In this document: positions 46,504 to 57,104 of the stretch, piece after piece | Layout: each line of letters begins with the position of its first letter | Numbering within the stretch: the first letter of the stretch is position 1 | Source: a virus | Lineage: Duplodnaviria; Caudoviricetes | Strand: one strand, 5' to 3' | DNA length: 64,000 nt | IMG/VR virus record: IMGVR_UViG_3300033068_001957 | Location: 32,001-96,000 of that record | Position numbers and translations under genes: made by a program | The notes under the pieces: model-generated | Database searches by the model: none | What the model was told of the DNA's origin: nothing | Seen by the model: the letters and a program-made list of their open reading frames with translations, nothing else

Positions 46504-49500
46504 TTAGTTAATTGTTATATTTTTAATATACGGCGTAATATATGTAGTCGTGGAGAATACGTTGATTCCGCTAGATGAAGTCTTTGATGTATATCCGAGA
46601 GATGGGTTTTTCGCCGTCACAAGAAGACGGTAGAAGCCAAGTTGAGTTTGATCGTTCAGGATGTAACTGTTTCCAGTAATTGATTCGGTTGTTTTTCTAC
46701 CATTTGGGGCGATTATATTAACGAGATAATTTGACGCGCCATCAATTAATGACCAGCTTCCAGAAATATCCAGACTATCATTTTGACCATCGTAGTTTCC
46801 AGTTTGGAATGAATTGATTGTGGGTGGGTCTAGTTGATATGTATTAACTGACTCAACAGTCGGAGTTGTCGCACTCTGAGTTCCAATGAAAGAGAATGTA
46901 TTGTAAAAATCATCTAAGTTTTGAGTGCTTTCAATTTGAGCAAACTTACCACTATTAAATTTAATGGCGGACATTTCGTATTCATTGACATTTGATTCTC
47001 TAATAGACGATATTTTATAAGTTTCTTTTTCCAGTCCAGACATCGTGATGCCAAACGGAAAACCCTGCTTTACGCGGGACAAAAATTCAATATTAGAGTT
47101 GTCAAACGATGGCGTGTATAAAGCTCCGCCAGTAATCCATGATCCAGAATAAGGTTCTAATTGATTAGGTTCTCCAGTGCTTAGCCTGTTGCCAGATGTA
47201 TAATTTCTTAGCGACCAAAATATCTGAATTCCAGAAATGTCGGAATCTATTGCTATATAATAACCAGTATCAGTAATCCCAGAATACGTAGTATAACCAC
47301 TGATTGATCCATTGCCAGAATATAGCCCAGTAATTGCGCCACCAGTAAAAGTGATTAAGTTGTATTCTGTCTTTGGTTGGACGTAAATATTGGAGCCGTA
47401 ATCAATTGTATTATCGTATCCAGTTATTTTAAACGTCTGGATTTGAGGGATGTCGCTTTCGTAAATATCTCTGTAAGAAACTCCGCCACTGGCTTTGGCC
47501 ATACCAAGCATTTCATCGAAACTTTTCGTTCCTGTCGGAGCGAGTAGAGTAATTTCATTAAGGGCATATCCAGATGGGAATTTCTCATTAATATAAACTT
47601 TGCCATCTAGAGGATTAATGTCTAAAACGCGCCCGAAATTTCTTTGTTGAGTTTTTAATTCATCATTGATATTAATCAAATCTCCAGGTTTCAGAAAGAG
47701 GCATTCCACGCCGCCCACAAAGCTTACGGCTTGGTTTTCATTCGTAGTAGCATAGATAACATGCTGGCCTATTCTATTCGCTAAAGCATAAGATGTGATT
47801 CCAAAAGAATCTATCCGAGTGCTTAAGACGCCCCTTCTTCTGATATCGTCTGAGTTTTCAATATACGCGACTTTGGCATTGAAGTTATCGTTTTCGTCGA
47901 GATAAGACACTTCGGCGACATTGAATTCTTCATCAATTCTCGAATTTGTATAAGAAAACGTTCCTTCTTTAACGTTTGCATTATTGAATTCCATCATCGG
48001 GATCTTCAATCGGTCATCCGTGAAATCTATATAAGAATTACTGTAAAAGATATTTCCGCGAAAAACAGTCGCGACAGCATTCAACGTATCGAAGATACTA
48101 ATCTTATCGGCTAAAATAATATTAATCGCATAACGCGGTTCTTTCCCGCCGTAAGAGTTATCGACCCCTTGGAAAACGCCATTTTTATCCACAGCATCAG
48201 AGAATCTTCCAATTTTATAAAGCTCCCAAATATTCACCTGAGACGCCGTTATAGAGGAACCGAGTCCATACTGAGGATCAATCAAAAGATCAAAAAGAAC
48301 CCAAGCTGGATTATCCGTCCAGCCTTCTTTGAAAGTCCCGTCCCAATTTCCATTGTAAATTTGCAAATCAGTCGATGTTGCGGCGGCAAAATCTGTTGCT
48401 GTTTTATAGCGACGCTTATCTCTGCCGTCTGGAGCAAGAGGGAAATAGTTACTTGGAATAAGAACCCTCTTGAGTCTTAAATCGAAGCTTCGCGGCGGAA
48501 TAGCAGATAGATTTCTTGAATCAAGCTTCGTGCCAATAATGGCGGAACCTGGATATGAAAAACGGGTATTAATTACTTCAGTTATCTTTTCCAAAGAAAT
48601 TTCACGCTTTAGAAGGACGCTTGAAGTTTCATAGGTTGTTCGGGTAATCCTAATAAATCTTTTAGAGTCTCCCGTGACTGCGGGCAAAAGTAGTTCCGTA
48701 GAAGCATTGATTTCAGAATTTCCACGGGTAGCTTGAAGAAATTTATAATTATTTAATATAGAAGAAACTTCGCCTCTTCCAATATCGACAAGAGATGCTG
48801 AATCGGCCATCCCGACTATCTGATAGATCCTTTCCTCGACAGAAGATTGAACATCTTTACCCGTATGGTCTTGGAGGCCAATTTCCACCTTGAACCTTAC
48901 TACGGCTGGAATTCTACTGCCAGCTTGAACGGAGCCAATCCCAGGTAAGTAAGTATCTACTTGATTCGTATCGTTCAACGCTCTAACGCCCAAGGTAATA
49001 TAAACCTGATCAACATTTGGATTTTCAATTATATGAGTAATTGGAGATGCACTTTCAATGAACTGAGTTCGATTATTACCAGCGTAAGAAGAGAAACTTT
49101 GACCGTTTCTAGTATCCGATGATCCCTCATTTGTAATATTTGCTCCCAAAGGAAATTCATAAACTCCTTTAATTCTATAACCAGTATCGTCATTAAAATT
49201 CGTGACCTTTAATACTTGATTGGATACATCAAATGGTCCAGTGAGTCTAACGCCGTATTCTTTATCTACATGAACCTTCTTAAAATAGGAGAGCGGCGTT
49301 TGAAGATCGTTACCCTCTCGGATTTCGGCCAGCACATTGCTATAGTTGTATTTTTCGTTGTCGGGGCGAACGATAAGCAATGATTGAATGTGCTTCTTAA
49401 TCGCGTCGATACTTTCCCTTGTCGGAGCGCTTGCGCCGTTTTTATATCCAAAAGCGATAACACAACCAGCCATGTCAATATTCGTCGAAGTTGTTTTCGC

Positions 49501-50568
49501 CGCATAAGTAAGATCAATGTATTTGATTGGTTGGATTACTCTTTTGACATTTACGTCTTCAATTTCAATTCTCTCAAACACTTGGTTAAAGATGTCATCT
49601 TTCAAAAGAAAGCTCGTGTTCTTATCTAGAACGAAATCAGAATCTACGGTTGCCTGTTTTTCATTAACATCAAAATATACAAGAGGATTGCCACAATCAG
49701 AATAAAGCGTTTCTCTAAATGGCGAACCAATTTCAAATTTGATGGCAAAAATAGGATAATCGTCATCGCTTTGGTCGAGATAGTAAGGAAGCAGGGCTTC
49801 TTTTACGTCGCTCCAATTCTGATAATTATAACGCAGGATTTTCGTTCCCGCAATATTAGAGGCATCTTCGCCATATACAGAGGGCGCGGAAGAAACTGTT
49901 TTCAATAAGTCAATACCCTTGTAAATGCTTTTGGCTATGTCATTTCTTGTCCAAGTAATTTCCATCTGCTTGTCGCGAACATAGGGGTCGGGGCAATTAA
50001 AAAGATTCCCAGAATTACCCGTATGAACAATCGGCGCATAGGTCAAAGAAAGATATGGATCATTAACAGAAGTATCATCGGCGAAATATGTTGTATTTTT
50101 AATTATCGCCGCTCTTGTCCCCGAAACAGAATTGCCAATCGAATCGCCCGTAGCAATAGAAGCTCTTACGTCTGTGAAATTGTTTGGGATGTATTGACCG
50201 CTTCTATACCACAGCCCAGAAATTTTAGAGCATAAAGGAGCCAGAGAATAACCCGTTACTTCAACAAAGTTTGAACCAGTATAATTTACATCGAAACTTT
50301 TCTTGACTGGTGTATTATCAAAATAGATGCTTTCAAAAATTCTTTCGCCGTAAACATATTGGCCGTTTTGATTTACAAGACCTTCGATTGGGCCGTCTGA
50401 TACAAGATCAATAATCTCAGCATACGAATAAGATGCGAGAGTTTGAAGCTTGCCTAGTTTCGGTGGTTGAAGTTGGGATGGTGGTGGACCGCCTCCGCCT
50501 CCCCCACCGCCTCCGCCCCCACCAGCGCCTTGTAGGTTATTTATGTTCTTGGTTAAAAAGTGCTTCAT
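46504..50568 (-). CDS. tail tip / host specificity protein (lambda gpJ-like)
   Basis: IIDLVSDGPIEGL, YPGSAIIG, WDGTFK..WTDNPAWVLFDLL..YGLG, EPRY, LKPGDLI. Confidence 0.9.
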   Translation of the reverse strand: MKHFLTKNINNLQGAGGGGGGGGGGGGPPPSQLQPPKLGKLQTLASYSYAEIIDLVSDGPIEGLVNQNGQYVYGERIFESIYFDNTPVKKSFDVNYTGSNFVEVTGYSLAPLCSKISGLWYRSGQYIPNNFTDVRASIATGDSIGNSVSGTRAAIIKNTTYFADDTSVNDPYLSLTYAPIVHTGNSGNLFNCPDPYVRDKQMEITWTRNDIAKSIYKGIDLLKTVSSAPSVYGEDASNIAGTKILRYNYQNWSDVKEALLPYYLDQSDDDYPIFAIKFEIGSPFRETLYSDCGNPLVYFDVNEKQATVDSDFVLDKNTSFLLKDDIFNQVFERIEIEDVNVKRVIQPIKYIDLTYAAKTTSTNIDMAGCVIAFGYKNGASAPTRESIDAIKKHIQSLLIVRPDNEKYNYSNVLAEIREGNDLQTPLSYFKKVHVDKEYGVRLTGPFDVSNQVLKVTNFNDDTGYRIKGVYEFPLGANITNEGSSDTRNGQSFSSYAGNNRTQFIESASPITHIIENPNVDQVYITLGVRALNDTNQVDTYLPGIGSVQAGSRIPAVVRFKVEIGLQDHTGKDVQSSVEERIYQIVGMADSASLVDIGRGEVSSILNNYKFLQATRGNSEINASTELLLPAVTGDSKRFIRITRTTYETSSVLLKREISLEKITEVINTRFSYPGSAIIGTKLDSRNLSAIPPRSFDLRLKRVLIPSNYFPLAPDGRDKRRYKTATDFAAATSTDLQIYNGNWDGTFKEGWTDNPAWVLFDLLIDPQYGLGSSITASQVNIWELYKIGRFSDAVDKNGVFQGVDNSYGGKEPRYAINIILADKISIFDTLNAVATVFRGNIFYSNSYIDFTDDRLKIPMMEFNNANVKEGTFSYTNSRIDEEFNVAEVSYLDENDNFNAKVAYIENSDDIRRRGVLSTRIDSFGITSYALANRIGQHVIYATTNENQAVSFVGGVECLFLKPGDLININDELKTQQRNFGRVLDINPLDGKVYINEKFPSGYALNEITLLAPTGTKSFDEMLGMAKASGGVSYRDIYESDIPQIQTFKITGYDNTIDYGSNIYVQPKTEYNLITFTGGAITGLYSGNGSISGYTTYSGITDTGYYIAIDSDISGIQIFWSLRNYTSGNRLSTGEPNQLEPYSGSWITGGALYTPSFDNSNIEFLSRVKQGFPFGITMSGLEKETYKISSIRESNVNEYEMSAIKFNSGKFAQIESTQNLDDFYNTFSFIGTQSATTPTVESVNTYQLDPPTINSFQTGNYDGQNDSLDISGSWSLIDGASNYLVNIIAPNGRKTTESITGNSYILNDQTQLGFYRLLVTAKNPSLGYTSKTSSSGINVFSTTTYITPYIKNITIN

Positions 50569-51221
50569 TAAATTTCTTGATTATTAAGGACCGCCATGGA
50601 AGCTTGGCCCTCTTGAGTTGCTTGGTTAGTGAATTCGTCGAATGTGGAGATGCTGTTGGGATAGTTTTTAATAGAATGCTGAATGACGGCACTGCCAATT
50701 CTTAGACGGCCATATCCGAGAGGAACGGGGTTCCCTTGGGCCGTGATGTTTTCTCGATTTCCAAAGAGAAAGCTTTTTGAAGTGGCGTTCGTTGTACCTG
50801 TCGCTCCTGGAATATTTGACGATGGAGGTTTTGCTAGAAGCGATGTAACGCCGTAAGAGATGGCCGCAAATGCCACGGCAACTAATACGGCAGCAAGCAC
50901 GCCTGTTGCATAATAAGAAGCTCCAAGGGCTACTACGCCGACAACAATAGCTCCGATAGCCCCAGCACCAAAAATAGTGGGAATAAAAAACACCTCCTTA
51001 ATCTTTCGCTTTCCAACAAAATCATCAACCGATCCAATGATTTGATCATCTGCAATCAAGGTATAATGAGCGCCATCTTTTGCAAGTTCAGCAATTCGTT
51101 TCACAAAGCCCTCTTGATTTGCGTCGATAGCAGCAACAACATCTTTTGGAGCGGAAATGCTAAAATCAAATTCTTCGCCAAATTCCTTTCCTAGTAGGCC
51201 ATAAACGTGTACTTTTGTCAT
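50568..51221 (-). CDS. tail assembly protein (lambda gpI-like)
   Basis: VHVYGLLGKEFG, SFLFG..NITAQGNPVPLGYGRLRIGS. Confidence 0.88.
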   Translation of the reverse strand: MTKVHVYGLLGKEFGEEFDFSISAPKDVVAAIDANQEGFVKRIAELAKDGAHYTLIADDQIIGSVDDFVGKRKIKEVFFIPTIFGAGAIGAIVVGVVALGASYYATGVLAAVLVAVAFAAISYGVTSLLAKPPSSNIPGATGTTNATSKSFLFGNRENITAQGNPVPLGYGRLRIGSAVIQHSIKNYPNSISTFDEFTNQATQEGQASMAVLNNQEI

Positions 51222-51589
51222 AGTTTGTCTTTTAATTCAATAACATCGCATTTATGATCTGGCGGTTCATAAAGACCAAATTTTTCTTGCGCCAAAGAAT
51301 AAATAAGAAATGGATAAAGCGTATTATCAGAATTAACCTTGTCAAAACTGCTCGGCGAACAATCACCCACAATATGAGAATGAAAAACTGCTACCATGTT
51401 GTGAGAGCGCGAAAATCTTAACGATTCCATCGGATCAATAGAGAAGTATTCTTTGGGGTTTTGGTGTTTGTTTTTTACAATTTTGCAAGAATATTCGCCG
51501 CCCTTCTCTCCCAAAAAGCCGCAAATTTCCATCGCCCTACAAAGCATGGACTGTTCCTTAAAATAAGATAGACACTCTTGAATAGTCAT
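51218..51589 (-). CDS. JAB/MPN domain tail assembly protein (gpK N-terminal part)
   Basis: EICGFL..VFHSH..PSSFD. Confidence 0.85.
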   Translation of the reverse strand: MTIQECLSYFKEQSMLCRAMEICGFLGEKGGEYSCKIVKNKHQNPKEYFSIDPMESLRFSRSHNMVAVFHSHIVGDCSPSSFDKVNSDNTLYPFLIYSLAQEKFGLYEPPDHKCDVIELKDKL

Positions 51590-52521
51590 TGGGAAAATCT
51601 ATATCTTTCTGTGCCGCAGTATCCGCCAAATCGAATATGTCCCAAATAGGCGGGATTAGTTATATCATCGACAAACCGTTTCTTGCATCCTGTAATTGTT
51701 TTGGAGCACTCGTCTTTTTCCCAATAGGCCGCGCCGTCCAATTTGTTTGGGCTGTTTAGGGCGGTAGCAATGTGGGCAACCTTGCAGACGAAGACGGTTC
51801 TAGGCGGGTCAACTCTGTTTTCCACATACACAATATTACCAGCAGAATAAGTTGTTCCTTCAGTCCATAGATTTTGGGCGGAAGATATGCTGTAATTCTC
51901 GTCTGGAGTCACGGTAAAAGCGGTATCGTCTTTTTTCACTATTGGTTTGCCGCAGTAATTGCAGCCCTTGCCGCGATACTGAAATGGGCAATAACGACTC
52001 AATACAATGCGTCCTGGCGTCGTCTGATTCGCCAAATCAAATGGAGCAGAAAGAGATAGCGACACATAGATTTTATTTTCGGCCAGCTTTTGATAAACGA
52101 TAAATGTTTCGCGGGAAATTTCTGCGTTTGGGTCGGGAACTCCATATGGATTTTCGCCCGAATCAAAGTTTACATCGTCAATATATTTTAGCAGCGTTTG
52201 GATTCTTACCAGTTTGGCGTTTTTGAAATCATTTTTGCGCCGCATTAATTGGCTTATTTGTTGATTCTTGTTGGAGATTTTAATCTCGGGGCGGTTCATT
52301 CGTCCTAGAGAGTTCTTTTCAATGGGGTCAACCTCACAAGGAATTGGTGTATAAGCGACACCGCCGAAAATAATCGGCATATCTAATCCATTCGTTGACG
52401 CGGAAAAACTGAAAAAGTTTTCGGGTTCATCTATGACATTAAAATACAAGCGCCATAACTGTAAAACAGTATTCCCGTTGATAGGGTCGATAGATTGGGC
52501 GATTTTATCAGATAACCTCAT
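51586..52521 (-). CDS. minor tail protein L (lambda gpL-like)
   Basis: YCPFQYRGKGCNY, DECSKTITGCKKRF, FGGY. Confidence 0.88.
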   Translation of the reverse strand: MRLSDKIAQSIDPINGNTVLQLWRLYFNVIDEPENFFSFSASTNGLDMPIIFGGVAYTPIPCEVDPIEKNSLGRMNRPEIKISNKNQQISQLMRRKNDFKNAKLVRIQTLLKYIDDVNFDSGENPYGVPDPNAEISRETFIVYQKLAENKIYVSLSLSAPFDLANQTTPGRIVLSRYCPFQYRGKGCNYCGKPIVKKDDTAFTVTPDENYSISSAQNLWTEGTTYSAGNIVYVENRVDPPRTVFVCKVAHIATALNSPNKLDGAAYWEKDECSKTITGCKKRFVDDITNPAYLGHIRFGGYCGTERYRFSQ

Positions 52522-52561
52522 TTTTTAGTCCTTGGGCCTTTAGTATAGGTTACACATTGCT

Positions 52562-53047
52562 ATGCCAGAAGAATACTATATTAACGGGAGCAATCCTGAA
52601 CTCGAAAAAGATTTGCTGAGTTTATTCGCCAAGTTTTGCTTTAAGAGTGAGCCTTTACCAATTTTCGGCGAAGGAAGGACTGTTTCTCAAAAGTTTTCGG
52701 CCATTTATAGGTATTTTGATGAGAATTTTAGGGGTGGTATTTGTTTTTATGAGGGAAACAAGGCTTTTGTCATGTATCAAGAAGGCCAAAAATGGCTTGA
52801 CAATGAAATCCCCGAATTCTACGGCAAAAAAGTCGCAGTAATGATAATGGGAGCGAGTCTCAATAACGACATGGAAGAAATGATCTGGTGCGTTCGGGCC
52901 GTAAAAGAAAGTCTCAAAAAATTGAAAGACCACTACAAATTCGACGTTGTTGCTTGGAACATCAACAGAGTTCGTAATAAAAAACCCTTCGAGCGTATAA
53001 TGGAAATTCTTGGCGGCAAAAAATTAAGAGATTGCTATTATGTCTAA
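52562..53047 (+). CDS. hypothetical protein
   Basis: Long ORF divergent from the tail module. Confidence 0.6.
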   Translation: MPEEYYINGSNPELEKDLLSLFAKFCFKSEPLPIFGEGRTVSQKFSAIYRYFDENFRGGICFYEGNKAFVMYQEGQKWLDNEIPEFYGKKVAVMIMGASLNNDMEEMIWCVRAVKESLKKLKDHYKFDVVAWNINRVRNKKPFERIMEILGGKKLRDCYYV

Positions 53048-53216
53048 ACCAGAATTGAGAAATTTGCCCATGTCGGCGTATAGTCTTTTGGACAAGCTCG
53101 GGATGCTATATGAGTTATATCCAGAAGCCACGGGTGAATGGGACATCGACTGTCCTGCGCCGAGAATTTCAGCTAAAGAAAAAATCCTAAATATTATAAA
53201 TGGCTTACCAAAATAA
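53040..53216 (+). CDS. 58-aa hypothetical protein (not in ORF track)
   Basis: MSKPELRN..GMLYELYPEATGEW..; overlaps both neighbours. Confidence 0.55.
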   Translation: MSKPELRNLPMSAYSLLDKLGMLYELYPEATGEWDIDCPAPRISAKEKILNIINGLPK

Positions 53217-53712
53217 ACACGATGTCTCAGGAGTTAATTCTAGAGATGGGAATAATGCCGAGGAACTTTTTCGACAACTCGCTGAAAACCAAGGATATAC
53301 CGTTACCGACGCTACAAAAACAGAGCAATTTGCCCACATTGATTTCTGGCTAGAAAAAGATGGGAATAGATGGAGCTTTGACTGCAAAGCAAGAAAGAAG
53401 ATTCGGCGAGAAGATAAGGATTTTTCTGATGAGTTCTGTTGGTTGGAATTCGTGTCAGTTAATAATTCGGCTGGCTGGTTAAGAGGGTTAGCTCGATATA
53501 TCGTTTTCGAAAGGGAGAATGATTTTCTCATTGTTGATAGAAAACTTTTGCTAGAATTGGCCGAAAAGATCGTAGATTTTGATACAATTGTGGATCGTCC
53601 GCATAAAGCATTGCGCAAAATTTATCGCCGCTTCAAGAGAAAAGATCAAATTAGTTACGTAGAGTTCGCAGAAATAGAAAAGCTAGAGCATAAGATTTGG
53701 AAAAAATTCTAG
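53200..53712 (+). CDS. PD-(D/E)XK nuclease-like protein; last ~24 codons duplicated beyond the following endonuclease
   Basis: GNNAEELF, HIDFW, FDCKARK, WLEF, GWLRG. Confidence 0.7.
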   Translation: MAYQNKHDVSGVNSRDGNNAEELFRQLAENQGYTVTDATKTEQFAHIDFWLEKDGNRWSFDCKARKKIRREDKDFSDEFCWLEFVSVNNSAGWLRGLARYIVFERENDFLIVDRKLLLELAEKIVDFDTIVDRPHKALRKIYRRFKRKDQISYVEFAEIEKLEHKIWKKF

Positions 53713-53736
53713 AGCTATTTGGTGTAATTCTCTTAT

Positions 53737-54735
53737 ATGGAAAATATACATCGGTGCATACCAAATGGTTTTTATGTCTATATTTTATTAGATCCAAGGT
53801 ATGAAGGCTTATTTAAATACGGAGAAGATTTAGAATTTTGCTTTCGCCCCTATTACGTAGGCAAGGGTGTAGGCAGAAGATATTTAAGACATTTTCATGA
53901 GTCTGAGTTTAAGAGGACGTACAATCAGCATAAAAATAATATTACGAAAAAGATAATGTTAGAAGGCTATGATCCTATTGATTTTGTTGTTTTCTTTAGG
54001 GATGGAATGGAAGAGAGTAGTGCTTTAGAATTAGAAAAGGAGATTATTTCTAAAATTGGTTGTACGTCATTAAAAAATGGTCCTCTTTCCAATAAAACTT
54101 CTGGGGGAGAAAGCCCAGGCTCATTTTTGAGAGGGCTTACATGGGAGCAAAGATATGGCGAAGATAAGGCGAAAGAGATGAAGATTAAAGCATCTAAGAT
54201 ACAAAAAACAATAAAAAAACCAGATCAAAGCGGCGAAAAAAACGCTTTCTTTGGGAAAAAACATTCAGAAGAAACAAAATTAAAATTAAGAAATTGCTTT
54301 TTGAAGCCTATTGTCAGGATAAGTGAATTTTTGGATATAAAAGAATATTCATCTCCCTGTGTTGCCGCCGAAGAAATGAAAAATTGTTTATCGACTTCAA
54401 TCAGTCACTCAGCGACTCAAACATCCAAAGGGATTCATTGCACGTCAGCTAATTTTGTATGGATATATAAAAAAGCTTTTGAGAATTTTTCTCAAGAAGA
54501 ATTAAAGGAATTTGTGAAAAGATCTTTTTTGCGTAAAAATCACGATAAAAAGAAGATTTGTCAATTAGACAGGAATACGAAAAAAGTAATCAAGGTTTGG
54601 GAGTCTATTTCGGATGCTGCTGAAAATATTTTTGGGAGTAGAAAAAGAACGGGAGATATTTCTGCCGCAATTACGCATGACCGACAATGCATGGGTTTCA
54701 GGTGGGAGAACGCGACAGCGGATGACGTTCCATAA
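53737..54735 (+). CDS. GIY-YIG-like homing endonuclease with NUMOD3 and NUMOD1 modules
   Basis: YVYILLDPR..YYVGKG..R; NAFFGKKHSEETK; WESISDAA..GFRW; GTGTAA promoter at 53722. Confidence 0.85.
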   Translation: MENIHRCIPNGFYVYILLDPRYEGLFKYGEDLEFCFRPYYVGKGVGRRYLRHFHESEFKRTYNQHKNNITKKIMLEGYDPIDFVVFFRDGMEESSALELEKEIISKIGCTSLKNGPLSNKTSGGESPGSFLRGLTWEQRYGEDKAKEMKIKASKIQKTIKKPDQSGEKNAFFGKKHSEETKLKLRNCFLKPIVRISEFLDIKEYSSPCVAAEEMKNCLSTSISHSATQTSKGIHCTSANFVWIYKKAFENFSQEELKEFVKRSFLRKNHDKKKICQLDRNTKKVIKVWESISDAAENIFGSRKRTGDISAAITHDRQCMGFRWENATADDVP

Positions 54736-54742
54736 AAAACAA

Positions 54743-54838
54743 AGAAAAGACTTGCTTTCTATTGTTGAAACGGCTAAAGTGAGGGAAATAGCACAAAAAA
54801 TATGGCCCAAACACAACGCCCCTATCACGTCCTCCTAG
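54743..54838 (+). pseudogene. displaced paralogous 3' end of the 53200-53712 gene
   Basis: RKDLLSIVETAKVREIAQKIWPK vs RKDQISYVEFAEIEKLEHKIWKK (11/23 identical, ungapped). Confidence 0.65.
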
Positions 54839-54994
54839 AAAAGGCTGGACATATCCTAAAGAGAGAAAGCGACGGAGATGTTGACATCTTTGTTCTCGAT
54901 AATGGTTATCACAATGGGCCAGGATGTGAGCTTTGTGGCGAAAGCTGGTGCCATCACTGTGAAGAAGAAATCGAACCCTGCACTGGCAAAAAAG

Positions 54995-55216
54995 ATGAAT
55001 AAATACCGCGTCTATATCTCTCAAGTAAATCAAACCTACGTCGAAGTTTCGGCCAAAAACGAAGAAGACGCGAGAGAAAAAGGCTACCGCAAGTGGAGAA
55101 AAGAATACGCCCATAGCAATGTCATGTCTGTAGAGGAAATTGATGACCCAAAAGGCGAATATGGATGCCAACCCGAATTTCATCAAAGAAAGGCTTGCAT
55201 GCGAAGATTACAGTAG
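54995..55216 (+). CDS. small DpnD/PcfM-like protein
   Basis: KYRVYI..VEVSAKNEEDAREK. Confidence 0.5.
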   Translation: MNKYRVYISQVNQTYVEVSAKNEEDAREKGYRKWRKEYAHSNVMSVEEIDDPKGEYGCQPEFHQRKACMRRLQ

Positions 55217-55393
55217 TAGATTGAACATATGAACATAACAATCCCCAAATCCTTCCTCGAAGAAATCCAGCAATGGATGATGGCTAATGATTACGAATGC
55301 GGCCCGCAAGGGTCTGAAATTTATGACAAAATTTCAAAATACCTTGACGCCGCAGAACAATCCGCTATCATTGATTCCACAACACTCTAAATC

Positions 55394-55954
55394 ATGCACC
55401 CAGACCTAAAAATCGGCCAAATCATTATCGGCCCGCAGCAAAAAGATGCTACGCATATTGCGTTAATGCCTGTTGTCGCGGCAGAAAACATGCCTCCTGG
55501 CGCTCATATTGGGTTATCAAATAAAGGAGAAGCCTGCCAAGGGACCAAACATATTGGTATCGTTGACCCTTTTTTGAAAACAAAAGTTTTGCGCGGCGAT
55601 ACTTTCTGGATGTTTATGTATCCAAATACAGTAGCAAATTTGCGCCACGATTGGGATCATCCCGCGCTCGCCAAAATTGAAAAAATCAGACAAAAAGAAA
55701 ATTCTTCAACTTCTAGAGAATGGTTGGTAAGTTATGCCTTAAGAAATATTTATAGCGATACTTCTTATACTGCTGACGAAGCTTACGAAGCTCTTATTGA
55801 TCAAGTAAAGGGCGGCGATTTAACTTTTTATGGCACTGATTGCCATGGTTTGGGAGATGTCCCAGATTCGACAGAATTGTTTCGTCATTTATCCGTGGTT
55901 TTAGACAGAGAAATTACTGAGAAGAGTTTTGATTATTTTGGATGTTCTTGCTAA
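55394..55954 (+). CDS. conserved phage hypothetical protein
   Basis: DATHIA..GIVDPFL..LRHDWDHP..FGCSC; sigma70-like promoter upstream. Confidence 0.7.
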   Translation: MHPDLKIGQIIIGPQQKDATHIALMPVVAAENMPPGAHIGLSNKGEACQGTKHIGIVDPFLKTKVLRGDTFWMFMYPNTVANLRHDWDHPALAKIEKIRQKENSSTSREWLVSYALRNIYSDTSYTADEAYEALIDQVKGGDLTFYGTDCHGLGDVPDSTELFRHLSVVLDREITEKSFDYFGCSC

Positions 55955-56435
55955 TATGAATAAAGCCGCCGAAATCCTTTTTGACCGCGAAAATGTTCGC
56001 AATTGGCAATGTGATTATACCCATGAGAATGGTAATTATGTCAATACCTGCGATTCTTGCCTGCGCAAATTTGTCGGCCACAAAAGAAGATTCACATGCC
56101 GCGAGTGCTATTTAGTTGCCGACTGCTTTAACCCAAATGAGACAGATGAACAGTACTTTCTCCGCCGCAAGAAAGAGTTGGGATTAGACGCATACTACAA
56201 ACACCTAGAATAAAAACAACCATGGACTTAACAAATTTTACTATTGGCAAATCCCACAGAGAGGGGCCAGTTTTTCTCGGCAAACTATCTAAAGATAGAA
56301 AACGCTGGCTTTCCAGAAAGGAAATCACTGATGAGTTTTTAGAACTTATTATCGCCTACGTAGGAGAAGACAGAACCATTGATATAGAAGACGGAAGTGG
56401 CAAAAAACTCTATGAAATTACAGTAAAGAAAATCA

Positions 56436-57104
56436 ATGTTTGACGCTCTGCCCACATCCAAGTATAAATGGGTTCACAGCATGATTGCATTGCAGATTCC
56501 AAAAACGGGATCAACATCGCTCTCATCCGTAATCGGCCAAAGAAATTTAATACAAAAACACAAACAGCTTTTCATCAACAAATTCCAAAACCATCCATTA
56601 TACAGGGGAACTTTCGACACACGTCACGCCGTTCCAGCACATGTTTATGAGGTTTTTTCTGATAAAGTGAGGGGATTTTTTTCTTTCGCCGTAAAAAGAG
56701 AGCCATTCTCAAGAATTGAAAGCGCTTTTGCCTTCGGGAAAAAGAAGAAGTTTGGCGGGCTCTATGGATTAAAAGACGATTGTTCTTTCGAGGATTTTGT
56801 TAATTTTCTTTTCGAGAGGTGGCAGCAAAATGCCCAAGACATCTTAATTTTAAAGAGAGAAACCGAGTGGACTCACAGCAGTTACTTTCACCCCAACAGA
56901 ATTCTTTCTTTTGAAAATCTTAGTGTAGATTGGCGTAAAATGCTGGAAGATTATCATATTGAGGGTTTGCCGATTGAATTGCCGAGAGAAAATGTTTCAG
57001 ACAGAGCATCTATAAATTTTTCTTGGACGCCCGAATTAAGGGATAAAGTTTACAAGATATACGAGCCAGACTTCGATTTATTGGGGTACTCATATAAATA
57101 CTAA
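56436..57104 (+). CDS. sulfotransferase family 2 protein
   Basis: IPKTGSTS (5'-PSB), REPFSRIESAF (3'-PB), IYEPDFDLLGY. Confidence 0.85.
   Translation: MFDALPTSKYKWVHSMIALQIPKTGSTSLSSVIGQRNLIQKHKQLFINKFQNHPLYRGTFDTRHAVPAHVYEVFSDKVRGFFSFAVKREPFSRIESAFAFGKKKKFGGLYGLKDDCSFEDFVNFLFERWQQNAQDILILKRETEWTHSSYFHPNRILSFENLSVDWRKMLEDYHIEGLPIELPRENVSDRASINFSWTPELRDKVYKIYEPDFDLLGYSYKY

Noticed and set aside
50480-50530. C-rich tandem repeat
   Set aside because: It encodes the poly-Gly N-terminal linker of the gpJ-like protein
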